In this document: positions 11,700 to 27,129 of the stretch, piece after piece | Position numbering within the stretch: position 1 is the stretch's first letter | Layout of the letters: each line of letters begins with the position of its first letter | NCBI GenBank assembly: GCA_951406725.2 | Contig: OX597828.1 | Location: 18,848,001-18,912,000 of the forward strand | Length of the DNA stretch: 64,000 bases | Source of the DNA: Octopus vulgaris | Taxonomy: Eukaryota | Direction of reading: 5' to 3' | Translations under genes and position numbers: made by a program | Notes under the pieces: model-generated | The model's database searches: none | Seen by the model: only the letters and a program-made list of their open reading frames with translations | What the model was told of the DNA's origin: nothing

Positions 11700-13150
11700 G
11701 ACTATGACTGCTCATTGCTATGACATGACTTGATAAGCTTCCTCCATTCTGGTCGGTTTTTCGCTTGAGTTAGCCATTTATTATGATCCTCAGTTCCTTT
11801 CCACTTCGTATTCGTTTTTGCAGTTTCTTTGAATCGCAGTCTAGGTCTTCCGTTGTTTCTTTTCCTTTGGATAGTTGGGGAGTAAAATATTTGCCTGGGG
11901 AGTCTGTTGTTGTCTATTCTCTGTACGTGACCCAACCTGTGTAAATTTCTATCAATGCGTATTTCTATCGTAGTAAGCAAACCAGCACGGTCTTGATTTT
12001 GTCAAAGAAAGAGATGGTCATAATTCGTCGCAGTTGTTTCATCATATATGCAAGTAACTCGGGCGAAGGTAAAGAATATGTACACCAAGTGCTTAGGGTT
12101 TAGGGTGACGCCGAAAACGGGTGGTGAGCGTATTCTTTACCTCCGCTTGTAACTTATCTACTTAAGCTTTATAGACTGTCCAGGTTGTAGCTCCACACAA
12201 CAGGGAAGAGGGGATTGTAGTCTGGTATGCCTTACATTTGGCACGTATAGAAACATTCTTATTTCTTCCACAGCCTCCCAAATGAAGCAATAGCTCTGCT
12301 CATTCTGTATATAATTTCCTGTTCCAGTCGTACATTATCCGAGATGATGTTGAATAGATATTTAAATGCTTTGCACTGAGCTGGTTTTCTATGTCTTATA
12401 AGTGATGTTTTCTTCTATTACAGGGGCAGGTAGGTTTTCCACAGGTTGATAAAGACATTCGTTATTTTTTTTATACTCTTACTCTTTTACATGTTTCAGT
12501 CATTTGACTGCGGCCATGCTGGAGCACTGCCTTTAGTCGAGCAAATCGACCCCGGGACTTATTCTTTTGTAAGCCCAGTACTTATTTTATCGGTCTCTTT
12601 TGCCGAACCACTAAGTTACGGGGACGTAAACACACCAGCATCGGTTGTCAAGCAATGCTAAGGGGACAAACACAGACACACAAACACACACATACATATA
12701 TATATACATATATACGACAGGCTTCTTTCAGTTTCCGTCTACCAAATCCACTCACAAAGCATTAGTCGGCCCGAGGCTATAGTAGAAGACACTTGCCCAA
12801 GATGCCACGCAGTGGGACTGAACCCGGAACCATGTGGTTGATAAACAAGCTACTTACCACACAGCCACTCCTGGATTATATTAATTATATTAATCTTTAA
12901 GAAAAAAACTGTTGTGCACCTCTGGCTAAGTCATCGCCCAAGTTTCTGTATACCTTCAGCGGTGTGGGCAACCAGCGCACTCTCATCAGCGAACAGCATC
13001 TCTCGCACGAGGGCCCTCGTAGTGTGCGTCTTGGCTTTATACCGTGCACTATTAAACAGATCAGCATCCTGCCGCGCCTGGGTGTAAATCCTTACTCCAA
13101 CTCCCTCAAAGGCAACTCCCAACTTTGCTGCGAGATAGAGGAAGAACAGT
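11700..13150 (-). pseudogene. Decayed RTE/BovB-like LINE reverse-transcriptase ORF, interrupted by a SINE
   Basis: 12931-13122 reads DLFNSARYKAKTHTTRALVREMLFADESALVAHT (RT LFADD motif region); 11702-11980 reads RLGHVQRIDNNRLPRQIFYS...GRPRLRFKE...KNRPEWRKLIK (RTE C-terminus). Confidence 0.85.
12478..12873 (-). mobile_element. Full-length family A SINE inserted into the RTE LINE
   Basis: Reverse complement of the family A consensus; CpGs largely intact. Confidence 0.88.
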
Positions 13151-14891
13151 CAATAAATGACTGACTGAAATATTTTGTTTCCCTGTCTTTCTTCGGTAAA
13201 GAAATTAAATAAAAAGTGAGCCCTTTTTTTTTTCTTCACATGAAAAGGAAAAGATCCGTGTCATCGTATATATATTGTGTCAAGCCATGTCCTGTCAGTC
13301 AATAACTGAGTTAAAATAATTTTATTATTTTGACTATTTCGTCCAGTGACATTTCTTCTTACCCGTAACTAAAAATTTTTCGATGAAATTTTTTCCCGGG
13401 ACATTATCAAATATATTGGCGATCAACTGCTGTCCTTCCGTCCAATGTATCAATATTACTGGACAAGAGTCTCACCCTATGTGTTTCAATGACGGTAAAC
13501 ACGTTCTCGCAGACAGTGTTGTCGCAAAATATTTTATCTAACACTTACCAAAAGTTGATTTGTGAAAGACAAAATTGGAATTTTGGGAGAAGTATCAATA
13601 AAACGATAATTTCAGTCGCTTGAAGTGTAAAGATTTTTTTTTTTAAACTGAAGATAAGTATAATGAAACTGAAAATATTTGGTTTTCTCCTCTATAAAAC
13701 AAGTTTGTCGCAGCACATTGTCAATGCAAACACTGGTAAAATCAGTTAAGTGTTAATATATTCCTGTTTTCTCTTTAATTTTTGTTGTATAGAAAAAAAT
13801 GTTTTACAAATGGCAAAAGTATTAAACAAAAAAAAAAAAATGAAACGGGAAATAACGAAAAGTTAAACAAAAATACATTTTAATCGTGAAACGTTCGATT
13901 AAGTAGATTGGGTGGATACTAGTTTTAAAAAAAAATACGGATTATAAATATTTCAGAAAATTCGAATTTTGATAAAATTACGAAAAATAACGAAAAAAGA
14001 AAAAAATAAATTGTGTCGTCTGCTCCCGTGAATACAAGCATGGTATGTGGGGATAGGGAGACAGACGTTAAAAAAAAACATGAATTAAATTTTTATTTCT
14101 TTAAAAAAGGCTTCTCTTATTGTTTTGAAATGTGGGATGCAAAAAAGAAAATTGGGGATTTTTTGACAAAAACGGAGAAATTCCAACGTGTGTAGAACAA
14201 CTATTCTGAAAGCCTGCCGACTATAAAACAATGCCATAACGTATTAACCTAAACTGGTATACGCACAACATGTGTAGCATTCACTAAAAATACATAAACT
14301 ACTCCAATTTAACTGGTACTAAGTGAATCAAAACACACAGTGGTTACAGATTAGCTGAATGTATCATTTAAATGAAATCGTAAAGCAGAACAACGTTTCG
14401 TAGGTAATCGTAAAAATCGTAGTTAAAATATTTTACGAGGATGAGTTAGAAAATAATGCAAATAAACATTACATTACTTTCTGACTCACACTCGTATATT
14501 ATATAAACATAATAATGAAAACCTGTTCATCAGCATGAAACAACAACAAGCTAACATACCACAAATAAATTTCAACGCAAACGTATCTATTTATTCGTAA
14601 CACATTATGGTTGGTTCGAACGTGTATATCTAATCGGTGTTGCTTTTCGTCATCAGAGAATACCTCCTCCGTTAAAATTGTATGTGTTCATAACACACAG
14701 GCTTTACAGTGTAAGAAGACTTTGAGATACTGTGATGTTTCGACCTCGTTGTCTGTTTTCTCAGTCGAAGCTACTCCACCAGACCTATGGGTCTCACAAG
14801 AGCAGGAATTGCTATTCATTGGAATCAGCAAACAGATAATAATTCAAGTGGTGCACATGGAACAACGAGAATCCAAACACTATCTATTCAT

Positions 14892-15027
14892 TCTTAATCC
14901 GTTCTGGCAAATTCGAACGTAAATATCTCGTTGCTGTTCCTTTTCGTGAAGAGAGGAAACGTTCTCTGTTGGCAGAAAACAGCAGCGATTTGATATTCAC
15001 GTTTGAATCTGCCAGAACATATTAAGA
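14892..15027. other. Long imperfect hairpin in unique sequence
   Basis: tcttaat-cc-gttctggcaaattcgaacgtaaatatc-tcgttgctgtt pairs with aacagcagcga-ttt-gatattcacgtttgaatctgccagaac-at-attaaga. Confidence 0.75.
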
Positions 15028-15039
15028 TCCCTTTCGACA

Positions 15040-15725
15040 ATAGGCACAAAGGGGTGAGAGTGTAAATCGATAACATCGACCCCTGTGATCAACTTGTACA
15101 TATTTCCCCCCCTCCACACATACACACACACACAAAAGAATGAAAGACAAAGTCGACCTCATCGGTATTTGAACTCAGAACGTAAAGGAAATTCCACAAT
15201 GCATTTTGTCCATCGAGCTGACGATTCTACCAGCTCACTGACTTACTAAATCACTGCAGTGCCTTTTCTATTATAATCCCAAGGCCTGAAATTTGGCGGG
15301 GGGGGGGGTATAGTTGATTCCATCGCCCCCCTGAAAAGATGAAAGATAAAATTGACTTCGGTGGCATTTGAACTGAGAACATAAAGATTGACGAGTGCCG
15401 CTCAGTATTTTGTTCGGTGTGCTAACGATTCGGCCGACACCCCTCATCAAAAGGTATTAAGAATGAATAGATACGTTATTATTTCGATACTCATTGTTCT
15501 CTGCGCGAAATCCATGAATTATTGCTTTAGCATCATTTTCTGGTAACAAGTCACTGTAGGAAATTATGTTATGAGCGGGATCGCGTATAACAGAGAGTTT
15601 GAGTTCCTTGGCAATGGTTTGTAGCTTTCTTAATCCCTATTATCTTTTCTTCCACCAACGCGAACTTCACCTGTCATTTCTTATATTAATACTTGGTATC
15701 CAGGATTATACTCCTCTTTCCCTTA

Positions 15726-15808
<83 letters not shown>

Positions 15809-15995
15809 TAAGGCCATCAATTTCAGAGAAGGGTGTAAGTCGATTACATCGATCCCAGTACTAAACTGGCACTTAAAATTTATCGACCCCGAAAGGATGA
15901 AAGGCAAAGTTGGCCTCGGCGGAATTTGAACTCAGAACAACGTAAAGGCGGACGAAATGCCGCTAAGCATTTTGCCCGATGTGCTAACGATTCTG
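15040..15995 (-). mobile_element. Cluster of three family B SINE copies
   Basis: gaaag.caaagtcgacctc..cgg.atttgaactcagaacgtaaag motif at ~15140, ~15340 and ~15900. Confidence 0.75.
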
Positions 15996-16579
15996 TAACT
16001 CTCTAAAAATGCTTATATAGTTATTTCCCTTACAAACCCGAGCAACGCCGGGCGATACTGCTAGTATCTATATATATAAAACTGTAGTTGCGTGAGTGTC
16101 TGTCCACTTCGATTTAGATTCCTAACTACTCCCACATTTTGCGGTGCAGTTTAACCAAATTCGGGTATCTTATAGTCGTGATTCATATCGAGCCCGTCTG
16201 AGTATTAGCGGGCGTCTACGATGAGTCTACGATTTTAAAAATAATTTAACATCATTTTTTATTCCATTTTAATGCATAATTTTTCGTGTGTCGATGGCGG
16301 CGGAGTTGGCGTCCATGGTCACACCTGCACCTGTTTGCTTCTCCCCCTTCTTCCCTCCCTCGTGAAGCTGTGGGGAAGGGTGTGTAAGGAAATCAACGTC
16401 GTAAAGCGTTGTCAAGGAGACCAGCGTTCTTTTAGAACAACGACTTCATGGCTTGAAGACACCAAAACAGAAATGGCTAAGAAAGCCCGAATTGGCATCT
16501 ATAAGGGAAGTAACTCTCTAAAAATGCTTATATAGCTATTTCCCTTACAAACCCGAGCAACGCCGGGCGATACTGCTAG
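15995..16579 (+). mobile_element. Head-to-tail Helitron pair: orphan 3' end (15995-16064) plus full copy (16067-16579)
   Basis: Both end in cccttacaaacccgagcaacgccgggcgatactgCTAG|T. The full copy starts A|TCTATATATATAAAA and matches 11271-11667 but carries an extra ~210-bp segment. Confidence 0.85.
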
Positions 16580-16640
16580 TATACATATAAAAGCATGTAC
16601 ATGCACACAAATATACATAAACCCCGTCATTGTTCAATAA

Positions 16641-17670
<1,030 letters not shown>

Positions 17671-18234
17671 CACACTTAGCAAAACACACAAAAAAAACCC
17701 CATCTCTACTTAACACCATGTTTTTTTTTTACAATTAATCTCTCTTCAGTTAAGTTCAGTAAAACAGTCGCTTCTTCGATTTAGCTGCAATTCAATAATA
17801 TATAATAAACATGTTATACAACACTAGTTTGTATGGTTTGTACGTGTGTGTTTAGAGCATCTACCAACCAAGTACATCGTATTGTTCTGAGTCTTTCGGA
17901 GCTAAGCTGCTATTTACAGCGACTTTTACTGAAGATGCAATTTCTGCTGTCAAATCCAACATGGGTGAATTGTTTTTTGCGTACATATAGATAGATGCGT
18001 ACGTACGTTGTAAGTTCTTACGTATACGTACATATGCACTTACGCAAATATGCATGTATATGCATATACACAGTCACACGCGCATATGTATGGTCCATGC
18101 ACACGTGCGCGTGCATACGCACACACACACACACACACACACGCACACATACGAACACACACACATATCTATGAATGTATATTTATAAATGTGGATGTAT
18201 CCACGTACGTGTTGTGCGTGTATGTGTGTGCGTG

Positions 18235-18495
<261 letters not shown>

Positions 18496-18547
18496 ATGTA
18501 TACGTACACACAATCACATGCATATATATATGAATGTATATTTATAA

Positions 18548-18631
<84 letters not shown>

Positions 18632-18649
18632 ATAGATAGATATATAGAT

Positions 18650-18855
18650 ATATTTCTTTACTGCCCACAAGGGGCTAAACATAGAGGGGACAAACAAGGA
18701 CAGACGAACGGATTAAGTCGATTACATCGACTCCAGTGCGTAAATGGTACTTAATTTATCGACCCGGAAAGGATGAAAGGCAAAGTCGACCTCGGCGGAA
18801 TTTGAACTCACAACGTAACGGCAGAAGAAATACGGCTACGCATTTCGCCCGGCGT
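18650..18855 (-). mobile_element. Family B SINE (5'-truncated)
   Basis: tttctttactgcccacaaggggctaaac...gaaaggcaaagtcgacctcggcggaatttgaactc. Confidence 0.85.
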
Positions 18856-19233
18856 AGACAGATATATATATAGAGAAGACAGAATGACAGACAGACAGAT
18901 AGACGAACAGACTGGCAGACAGACAGATAGACGAACAGACTGGCAGACAGATAGATCGATCGATCGATAGATAGATAGATATAAGCACGTACGTATGCAA
19001 CATCCACGCATCTAGCTAACATCATCTATACATACTATATACGTAGACTCGTACATATGTGCATATGAATATTTAGACGCACACGCACACACACACTTAC
19101 ACATACACACACATATTCATATGAATATGTGAACGTTTATGCATATGCGTGTCTTTCTATGTATGTATATGTGTGTGTATACATATACACATACTTATAC
19201 TTACATTGACACGTTCATACGCACATATTTTTC

Positions 19234-19264
<31 letters not shown>

Positions 19265-19369
19265 TGTATGTATGTATGTATGTGTGTATGTATGTATGTA
19301 TGTATGTATGTATGTATGTATGTATGCATGTATGTATGTATGTATTTTTGTATGTACGTACGTACGTAT

Positions 19370-19757
19370 CTCTTTTACTTGTTTTAGTCATTTGACTGCG
19401 GCCATGCTGGAGCACCGCCTTTAGTCGAGCAACTCGACCCCGGGACTTATTCTTTTTGTAAGCCCAGTACTTATTCTATCGGTCTCTTTTTACCGAACCG
19501 CTAAGTGACGGGGACGTAAACACACCAGCATCGGTTGTCAAGCAATGCTAGGGGGACAACACATACACATACACATATATATATACATATATACGACAGG
19601 CTTCTTTCAGTTTCCGTCTACCAAATCCACTCACAAGGCATTGGTCGGCCCGGGGCTATAGCAGAAGACACTTGCCCAAGATGCCACGCAGTGGGACTGA
19701 ACCCGGAACCATGTGGTTGGTAAGCAAGCTACTTACCACACAGCCACTCCTGCGCCT
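19370..19757 (-). mobile_element. Full-length family A SINE
   Basis: Reverse complement of the consensus, CpG-rich. Confidence 0.88.
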
Positions 19758-19768
19758 ATATACGTAAG

Positions 19769-19906
<138 letters not shown>

Positions 19907-20177
19907 TATGCATATATATATATATATATGTATATATCTTAGATGAATAATGTTAAGCAGAAAGATCATTGCAAGGCTGAATAGGAACAACGAAAATTTT
20001 AATTAAAATTTAGTTTTTTATGCAATAATCTAAAATCCTTGTTCGTCATTTGTTACATTTGTTGTTATCATCATGAACACCAACCTCTTTACCCCCACAC
20101 CATCATCATCTTCTCCCCCTCATCATCATCACCATCATCATGATCACCATCATCATCTTCATCATCATTATTATTTA

Positions 20178-20497
20178 CTAACGAGTAAAACGCCCCCCCA
20201 CCCCGTCCAATGGACGGTGCTGAGTGGTCAAACATGTAAACCAAATTTTATCAAAATACGCGTAGTATCGATCGCAACAGCTGATGTACTTGCATGAACA
20301 AATGCACGTTCCCACGGCTTTATCGATCGCATTCTCCCTTGGAATCGACTTTTGTAATTTTTTCAAGACTTATGCACGCCCTGACACCGTCGGTATCTAC
20401 ATATGAAATTTGAGCGCAATCGGATGGAGGATGCCCGAGATCCTAGAAAACACACACACACACACACAGACAGATAGAACGGATTTTATATAATAGA
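20178..20497 (-). mobile_element. Non-autonomous Helitron (second family)
   Basis: Minus strand starts A|TCTATTATATAAAATCCG..., has the subterminal hairpin ccgtcc-att-ggacgg and ends TTAG|T. Confidence 0.65.
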
Positions 20498-20504
20498 TAA
20501 TATA

Positions 20505-20943
20505 TTAAGGTATTTCGTCCGTCTGTACGTTCCAAGCTCATCATATTCCTACGGTGTCAACATTCGTCCTTCATCCTTTTCTGAGGAGGTCGACGAAATA
20601 GGTACCAGTGGCATACTGGAGTCATTGTAGTTGAATGGCTTCTCCCCCTACTCACCGCACCCCGCCACCCAATATCAGCCTTGTGTCAATCTTAGAAAGA
20701 ATTAATCGGGGGCGGTGTTTCGACACAGTTGTTGAGAGAATTGACAGACAAGTAAGAAAATATGCTTTGCAGTGTCCGTTCCTGGTGTTTTCAGTTCAAA
20801 TTCCGCCGAGGTCAGCTTTTCTCTTCATCCTTTCGGGAACCGATAGAATATTCTACCAACCAAATACTGGGTTCGGTGTGATCTACAAAGCCCAACCCCT
20901 AAAATTGCAGGCCTTGCACCAAATTTACTATCATTATTATCAT

Positions 20944-21015
<72 letters not shown>

Positions 21016-21141
21016 CGGGTTCAGTCCCACTACGTGGAACCTTGGACAAGTGTCTTCTACTATAGCCAGGGGCAGATCAAAGCCTTGTGAGTGGATTTGG
21101 TAGACGGAAACTGAAAGAAGCCTGTCGTGTGTGTGTGTATG

Positions 21142-21215
<74 letters not shown>

Positions 21216-22510
21216 GGCGCAGGGGTGGCTGTGTGATAAGTAGCTTGCGTACCAACCACAAAGCCTTGTGAGTGGATTTGGTAGACGGAAACTGAAAGAA
21301 GCCCGTCGTATATATGTGTATGTGTGTGTATATGTTTGCGTGTCTGTGCCCTCCTTCCAACAGCGCTTGACAACCGAATATGGTGTGTTTACGTCGCCGT
21401 AACTTAGCGGTTCGGCAAAAGATGCTGATAGAATAAGTACTAAGCTTTACAAAGGATAAGTCCTGCGGCCGATTTTTTTCAACTAAAGGCGGTGCTCCAG
21501 CATGGCCGCAGTCAAATGACTGAAACGTGTTAAAGAGTAAAAGAGTATTATTATTATTATTCTGAAGGTGGCGAACTGGCCGAATCGTTAGCACGCCGAG
21601 CAAAAATGATTAGGGAGCATTTCGTTGGTCTTGGCATTTTGAGTTCAAATTCCATTGAGGTCAACTTTGCCTTTCATCCTTTCGGCGGTTGTAAAATAAA
21701 TACCAGTCAAGCACAGGGTAGATTTGATCGCTTTACCCTCTCCTCCAAAACTGCTGGCCCTGTGCCAAAATTTGAAAACATTATTGTTCTGAACGCAGCC
21801 AGCTGGCTGAATCGTTAGCACGCCGGGCAATAATGCTTTGAGGGGTATTACCTGTCATTACGTTCTGAGTTCAAATTCCACCGAGGGTGACTTTGCCTTT
21901 CATCTTTTTCGGGGTCGATAAAACAAGTATAAGATTCATCGCTAGCATCGATATAATTTCTTAGCTCCTTCATCGAAATTGCTGGCCTGGTGCCAAAATT
22001 TGAAAATATTATTAATTTTTTCAATTATCAGCATTCCTTCGGTATTGGTCGAGAGAGTGTCGGTGTGAGGAGACGGCGTCATTTACGTTCTTTTTCAGCT
22101 TATCCTCTTTATCTATGTTATGAGGGAAGCTTGCGTAGGTGAATGACGTCGTATAGTAATCTCGAAGGATTACGTTACTTACAAACTTTTGCCCCATGCA
22201 CTCATGATGAAAATAATAACCCGTTACAAAATCTTTGAATACAAACCAATTCATACCCGCTCAAACACATACATACATACACACACATACGCATGTACGT
22301 ATACTCTTTTACTTGTTTCAGTCTTCTGACTGCGGCCATACTGGAGCACTGCCTTTAGTCGAGCAAATCGACCCCAGGACTTATTCAGGGCTTTGGTCGG
22401 CCCGGGGCTACAGTAGAAAACACTTGCCCAAGGTGCCACGCAGTGAGACTGAACCCGAAACCATGTGGTTGGTAAGCAAGCTACTTACCACACAGCCACT
22501 CCTGCGCTTG
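20505..22510. mobile_element. Dense cluster of family A and B SINEs with (TAC)n and (TA)n tracts
   Basis: Family B at ~20505, 20710, 21565 and 21795 (+); family A at 21015-21130 and 21215-21545 (+) and 22305-22508 (-). Confidence 0.8.
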
Positions 22511-23534
22511 TACATATATATATATATATATATATACATACATCCACACATACATACATACAAACATATACGCATGTAAACACACATGCATACGTACGTA
22601 CATACACACGTACATACATACAAGCATACATAAATAATACATACGTACGCACATATGTACGTATGTAAATTCATACATACACTAATACATACATGCACGC
22701 GTACACACACATGCATATATACATACAAGTTGCATACATACATACATACATGCGTGCATAATACGTTCATACAGACATGTGCATACATACAAACATACAA
22801 AGATACATACATACATGCATGCATAGATACATACGTACATACGTGCATGCATGCATACATACATACGTACATACATACATACATACATAGATGCATACAT
22901 GCAGACATACATACATACATACATAGATGCATACATGCATACATACATGCATACACATACATACATGCATACATGCATGCATACATACTTACATGCATAC
23001 ATACATACATGCATACATACATACATACATAATACATAGATGCATACATGCAGACATACATACATACATGCATACATACATACATGCATACATACGTACG
23101 TACATACATACGTACATACATACATACATGCATACATACATACATACATACATGCATACATACATACAGACATACATACACACATACATACAGACATACA
23201 TACATGCATACATACATACATACATATATACATGCATACATGCATACATACATGCATACATGCATATATACATACATACATACATACATACATGCATACA
23301 TACATGCATACATACATACATACATGCATACATACATACATGCATACACACATACATACATGCATACATACGTACATGCATACATACATACATATAGACA
23401 TACGTACATACATACATACATACATACATAGATACATAGATACATACATACATACATGCATACATACATGCATACATACATACATGCATACATACATGCA
23501 TACATACATGCATGCATGCATATTCATACATACA

Positions 23535-23565
<31 letters not shown>

Positions 23566-23745
23566 TCATACATGCATACATACATACATACATACATGCA
23601 TACATACATACATGCATACATACATGCATGCATACATACATACATACATACATACATACATACATACATACATACATAGATGCATACATGCAGACATACA
23701 TACATACATACATACATACATACATACATACATACATACATGAAC
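22510..23745. repeat. ~1.2-kb degenerate (CATA/CATG)n tetranucleotide array
   Basis: Directly visible; source of the 369-aa and 356-aa MYVC pseudo-ORFs. Confidence 0.95.
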
Positions 23746-23891
23746 GTACCAAGTTCTTATGAAGAACCTTCTTCGATGAAATCTTATGGGATGGCTGAGT
23801 GGAACTGGTTCAAAGCATTTAAAAAAAAAAAAACCAAATAAAACAAATCACCCCTCCCCTCGACCAAACAAAATATAAAAAAAAGCAAACA

Positions 23892-24290
23892 GCGCAGGAG
23901 TGGCTGTGTGGTAAGTAGCTTGCTAACCAACCACATGGTTCCGGGTTCAGTCCCACTGCGTGGCATCTTGGGCAAGTGTCTTCTGCTATAGCCCCGGGCC
24001 GACCAATGCCTTGTGAGTGGATTTGGTAGACGGAAACTGAAAGAAGCCTGTCGTATATATGTATATATATATATAAGTGTGTGTGAATATGTTTGTTCCC
24101 CTAGCATTGCTTGACAACCGATGCTGGTGTGGTTACGTCCCCGTCACCTAGCGGTTCGGCAAAAGAGACCGATAGAATAAGTACTGGGCTTACAAAGAAT
24201 AAGTCCCGGGGTCGATTTGCTCGACTAAAGGCGGTGCTCCAGCATGGCCGCAGTCAAATGACTGAAACAAGTAAAAAGAGTAAAAAAGAG
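23892..24290 (+). mobile_element. Full-length young family A SINE
   Basis: gcgcaggagtggctgtgtggtaagtagc...ccgggttcagtcccactgcgtggc...ggcggtgctccagcatggccgcagtcaaatgactgaaacaag. Confidence 0.9.
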
Positions 24291-25015
24291 CGTATGGTGG
24301 GAGGGGGGGTGAAGAAAGAAAAAAAGAAAGAAAAGGTAGGATAGAAAAGGGCAACACAAAAACACATTCACACATTTACCACACACACACATAAATCCAT
24401 GCCATACAAAAGCTCAACAATAACCGCATCTTCTACAGCACCTAGAAGAACAATAACACCAACATGTAAAGGCGTAATAATAAGGTAATAAAATGGCTAA
24501 TACTGATACTAATACTGCAACTAATAATAATAATAATAATAATAATAATATCAATAATAATGAAGAAAATATATATGGAAGTAGTGTAGTGGGTGAAAAA
24601 GAGTGGTAGTAACAGTAGAGCTTTTCAAACGATGTGGGAGGGGGGAAGAGTCGACAATAGAGAAGAAGACGAAGACGCGATGTAATAATAATGTAGAAAG
24701 GGGAAAAAAAGAGGGGGGAGCAGGAGGAGGAGGACGAGGAGGAACGGAAGGAGAAAGAGAAAGAGAAAGAGAAACAGGGAAGGAAAGTAAGAAGAGAGGA
24801 GATGATGAGGGGATAACAGTCGGCGATGGCGGCGGCGGCGGTGGTGGTGGTCTATAGGGGTGGGTGGAGGGTGAAGTACCATGAAAATTTTCAAATCCTT
24901 AGTAGTAGCGTCGGATTGAAAGTGAGGGAAACACATTGCTCTCTCTCACACACACTCACACACATACACTCACACACACACACACACACACGTAAATAAA
25001 CAGTGTTACATATAA

Positions 25016-25068
<53 letters not shown>

Positions 25069-25781
25069 ACCATACACTTATCTAGACACATTCATATATA
25101 TGTATATTTATATATATATATATATATATACGCACACACAATTCAACACATACATATCTAGATATATATATATTGATATAAACATATATACATAAATACA
25201 CACACACTCACACGGTCCTACACTTTTAGATATGTAGTCATACATATATATATGTGTGTATGTGTGTGTGTATATTTATGTACATATGTATTTATGTTCA
25301 GTGCTCTGCAGAACACGTATACAAACCCGAAGGAAAAACAACACGCAAATATACATACACACACACACATACATATGTGTATACATACATACATACACAC
25401 ACACACATACATATGTGTATACATGCATACGTACATATATACAGAAAGCCGGGAAAACACATTCGTATATACATACCTATGGAAAGGTATGGAAGAGGCC
25501 TGCATACATACACACATACATACATGCATACAAGCACACAGTTGCACAGTAACATACATGCATGCAGACTTCTTACATATAGGGAGCGAGTAAGCACAAG
25601 TACCTGCATACATAATACAGGACCGCGAAATAAGACACATACATGCGTACACACAGACATACGCATAAGTGGATACACAGCTGAGAAAAAAGGCACTCAC
25701 TTCACGCGCACGCAGTCTCTCACACAAACACATAGTTTAAGAGAAGGTACACACACACATACACGTGTATGTGTGTGTATA

Positions 25782-25816
<35 letters not shown>

Positions 25817-26067
25817 GTATATGCATTCGGGGTTTGAACGAAAGCCTCACACAGATTACCATCGAGGAAGGTACTATTTTATATTTACACACATACATAA
25901 TATACTTACTAATACATATATACACATACATATATGTATGGTTAATTGACGCTTAATTGACAATTTTTGTCTTTTTTTCGGCATATTTGGCATTAGAATT
26001 TTTCTTTTGCCCTTATATTGTAAATTATATACACATACATATAAACACTCATACATAGCGCTAAAGG

Positions 26068-26101
<34 letters not shown>

Positions 26102-26559
26102 GAGGTATACAAATACAGACGTAAATAAAAGGCATATACACACACGCACACATAGTTATACAATTATATGTATAGACAATCACACACACATATATACACA
26201 CCGGTATATTAAATAAGGCGCTAATTGCTGGTACACAAACATACACATATGCTAAAATGCATTAAATACATATACACGCACACATAGTTACACATATTCA
26301 TGTTCATACATATATCTATACACGTATACACATATAATCACGCTACTGTTTGCACTCATACAAGCATACACACATACATATTATAAATATATACATATAT
26401 ATATATATATATATCCATAGATCTATCTACACACACGCACATGCCTACATATATATCTATAGACTTACACATGTACACATACACACGCGCACGCATATAT
26501 ACACACACACAGCTAGTGTATATTGAATGAAATAAGGTGCTATTTGCCAGTAGGGACAA

Positions 26560-26780
26560 CAGCAAGTAGAATCATGCATTAAAGTCGGAGCGCGGCGGAA
26601 GGAAGCAAGCGTCCTCACTCAAGTTACTCTATCTATTGACTGAGTGACTTCTATGAGTGAACGACTCGACTTGACTTAACTGACTGAGTGAATGAATGAA
26701 TGAGTGTAAGTGACGAGCGTGAGTAAGAGTGGAATCTGAGTGAGTGTGAGTGGAACGACTGACTTGAAACAATACAACCA
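26560..26780. promoter_or_regulatory. Candidate promoter/TSS region
   Basis: CpG-rich gtcggagcgcggcggaaggaagc (ETS-like CGGAAG), then clustered GACTGAGTGA/TGAGTG motifs and long CT-rich (GAGA-type) tracts at 27150-27700. Motif inference only. Confidence 0.3.
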
Positions 26781-27080
26781 AATATTGTTTCTCACTGCTA
26801 CAGCTTGTATTAGTGTTGTTTTTTTTATTTCCCCCTTTTTTTTTTACCCTACCTTGTTTTTCTTTAATCTTTTTTTATCACCTTCATCATCATCATCATC
26901 ATCATCTTTATATTCCCCTTTCATTTTCTTCTTAATATTCTTCTTCTAATATATATTTTTTTCTTCTTCACTATCTTTCACTCTGGCTGACTGCTTTATA
27001 TTATAGTGCGAGAGTGTAGAGTATCTGTTTTTCAGCTCTTAATTTATCAAACCGCGCGCCACTCACACACGCGCGCACAA

Positions 27081-27129
<49 letters not shown>

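Noticed and set aside
14640-14660. CTGATGA-C-GAAA on the minus strand resembling a hammerhead core
   Set aside because: No stem II, stem III or stem I pairing is present; chance match.
22408-23762. Long ORFs (369, 356, 250 and 240 aa) and similar [12 protein letters not shown] ORFs across the window
   Set aside because: They are translations of stop-free (CATA)n, (TA)n and (CA)n microsatellites, open on both strands with no protein-like complexity.
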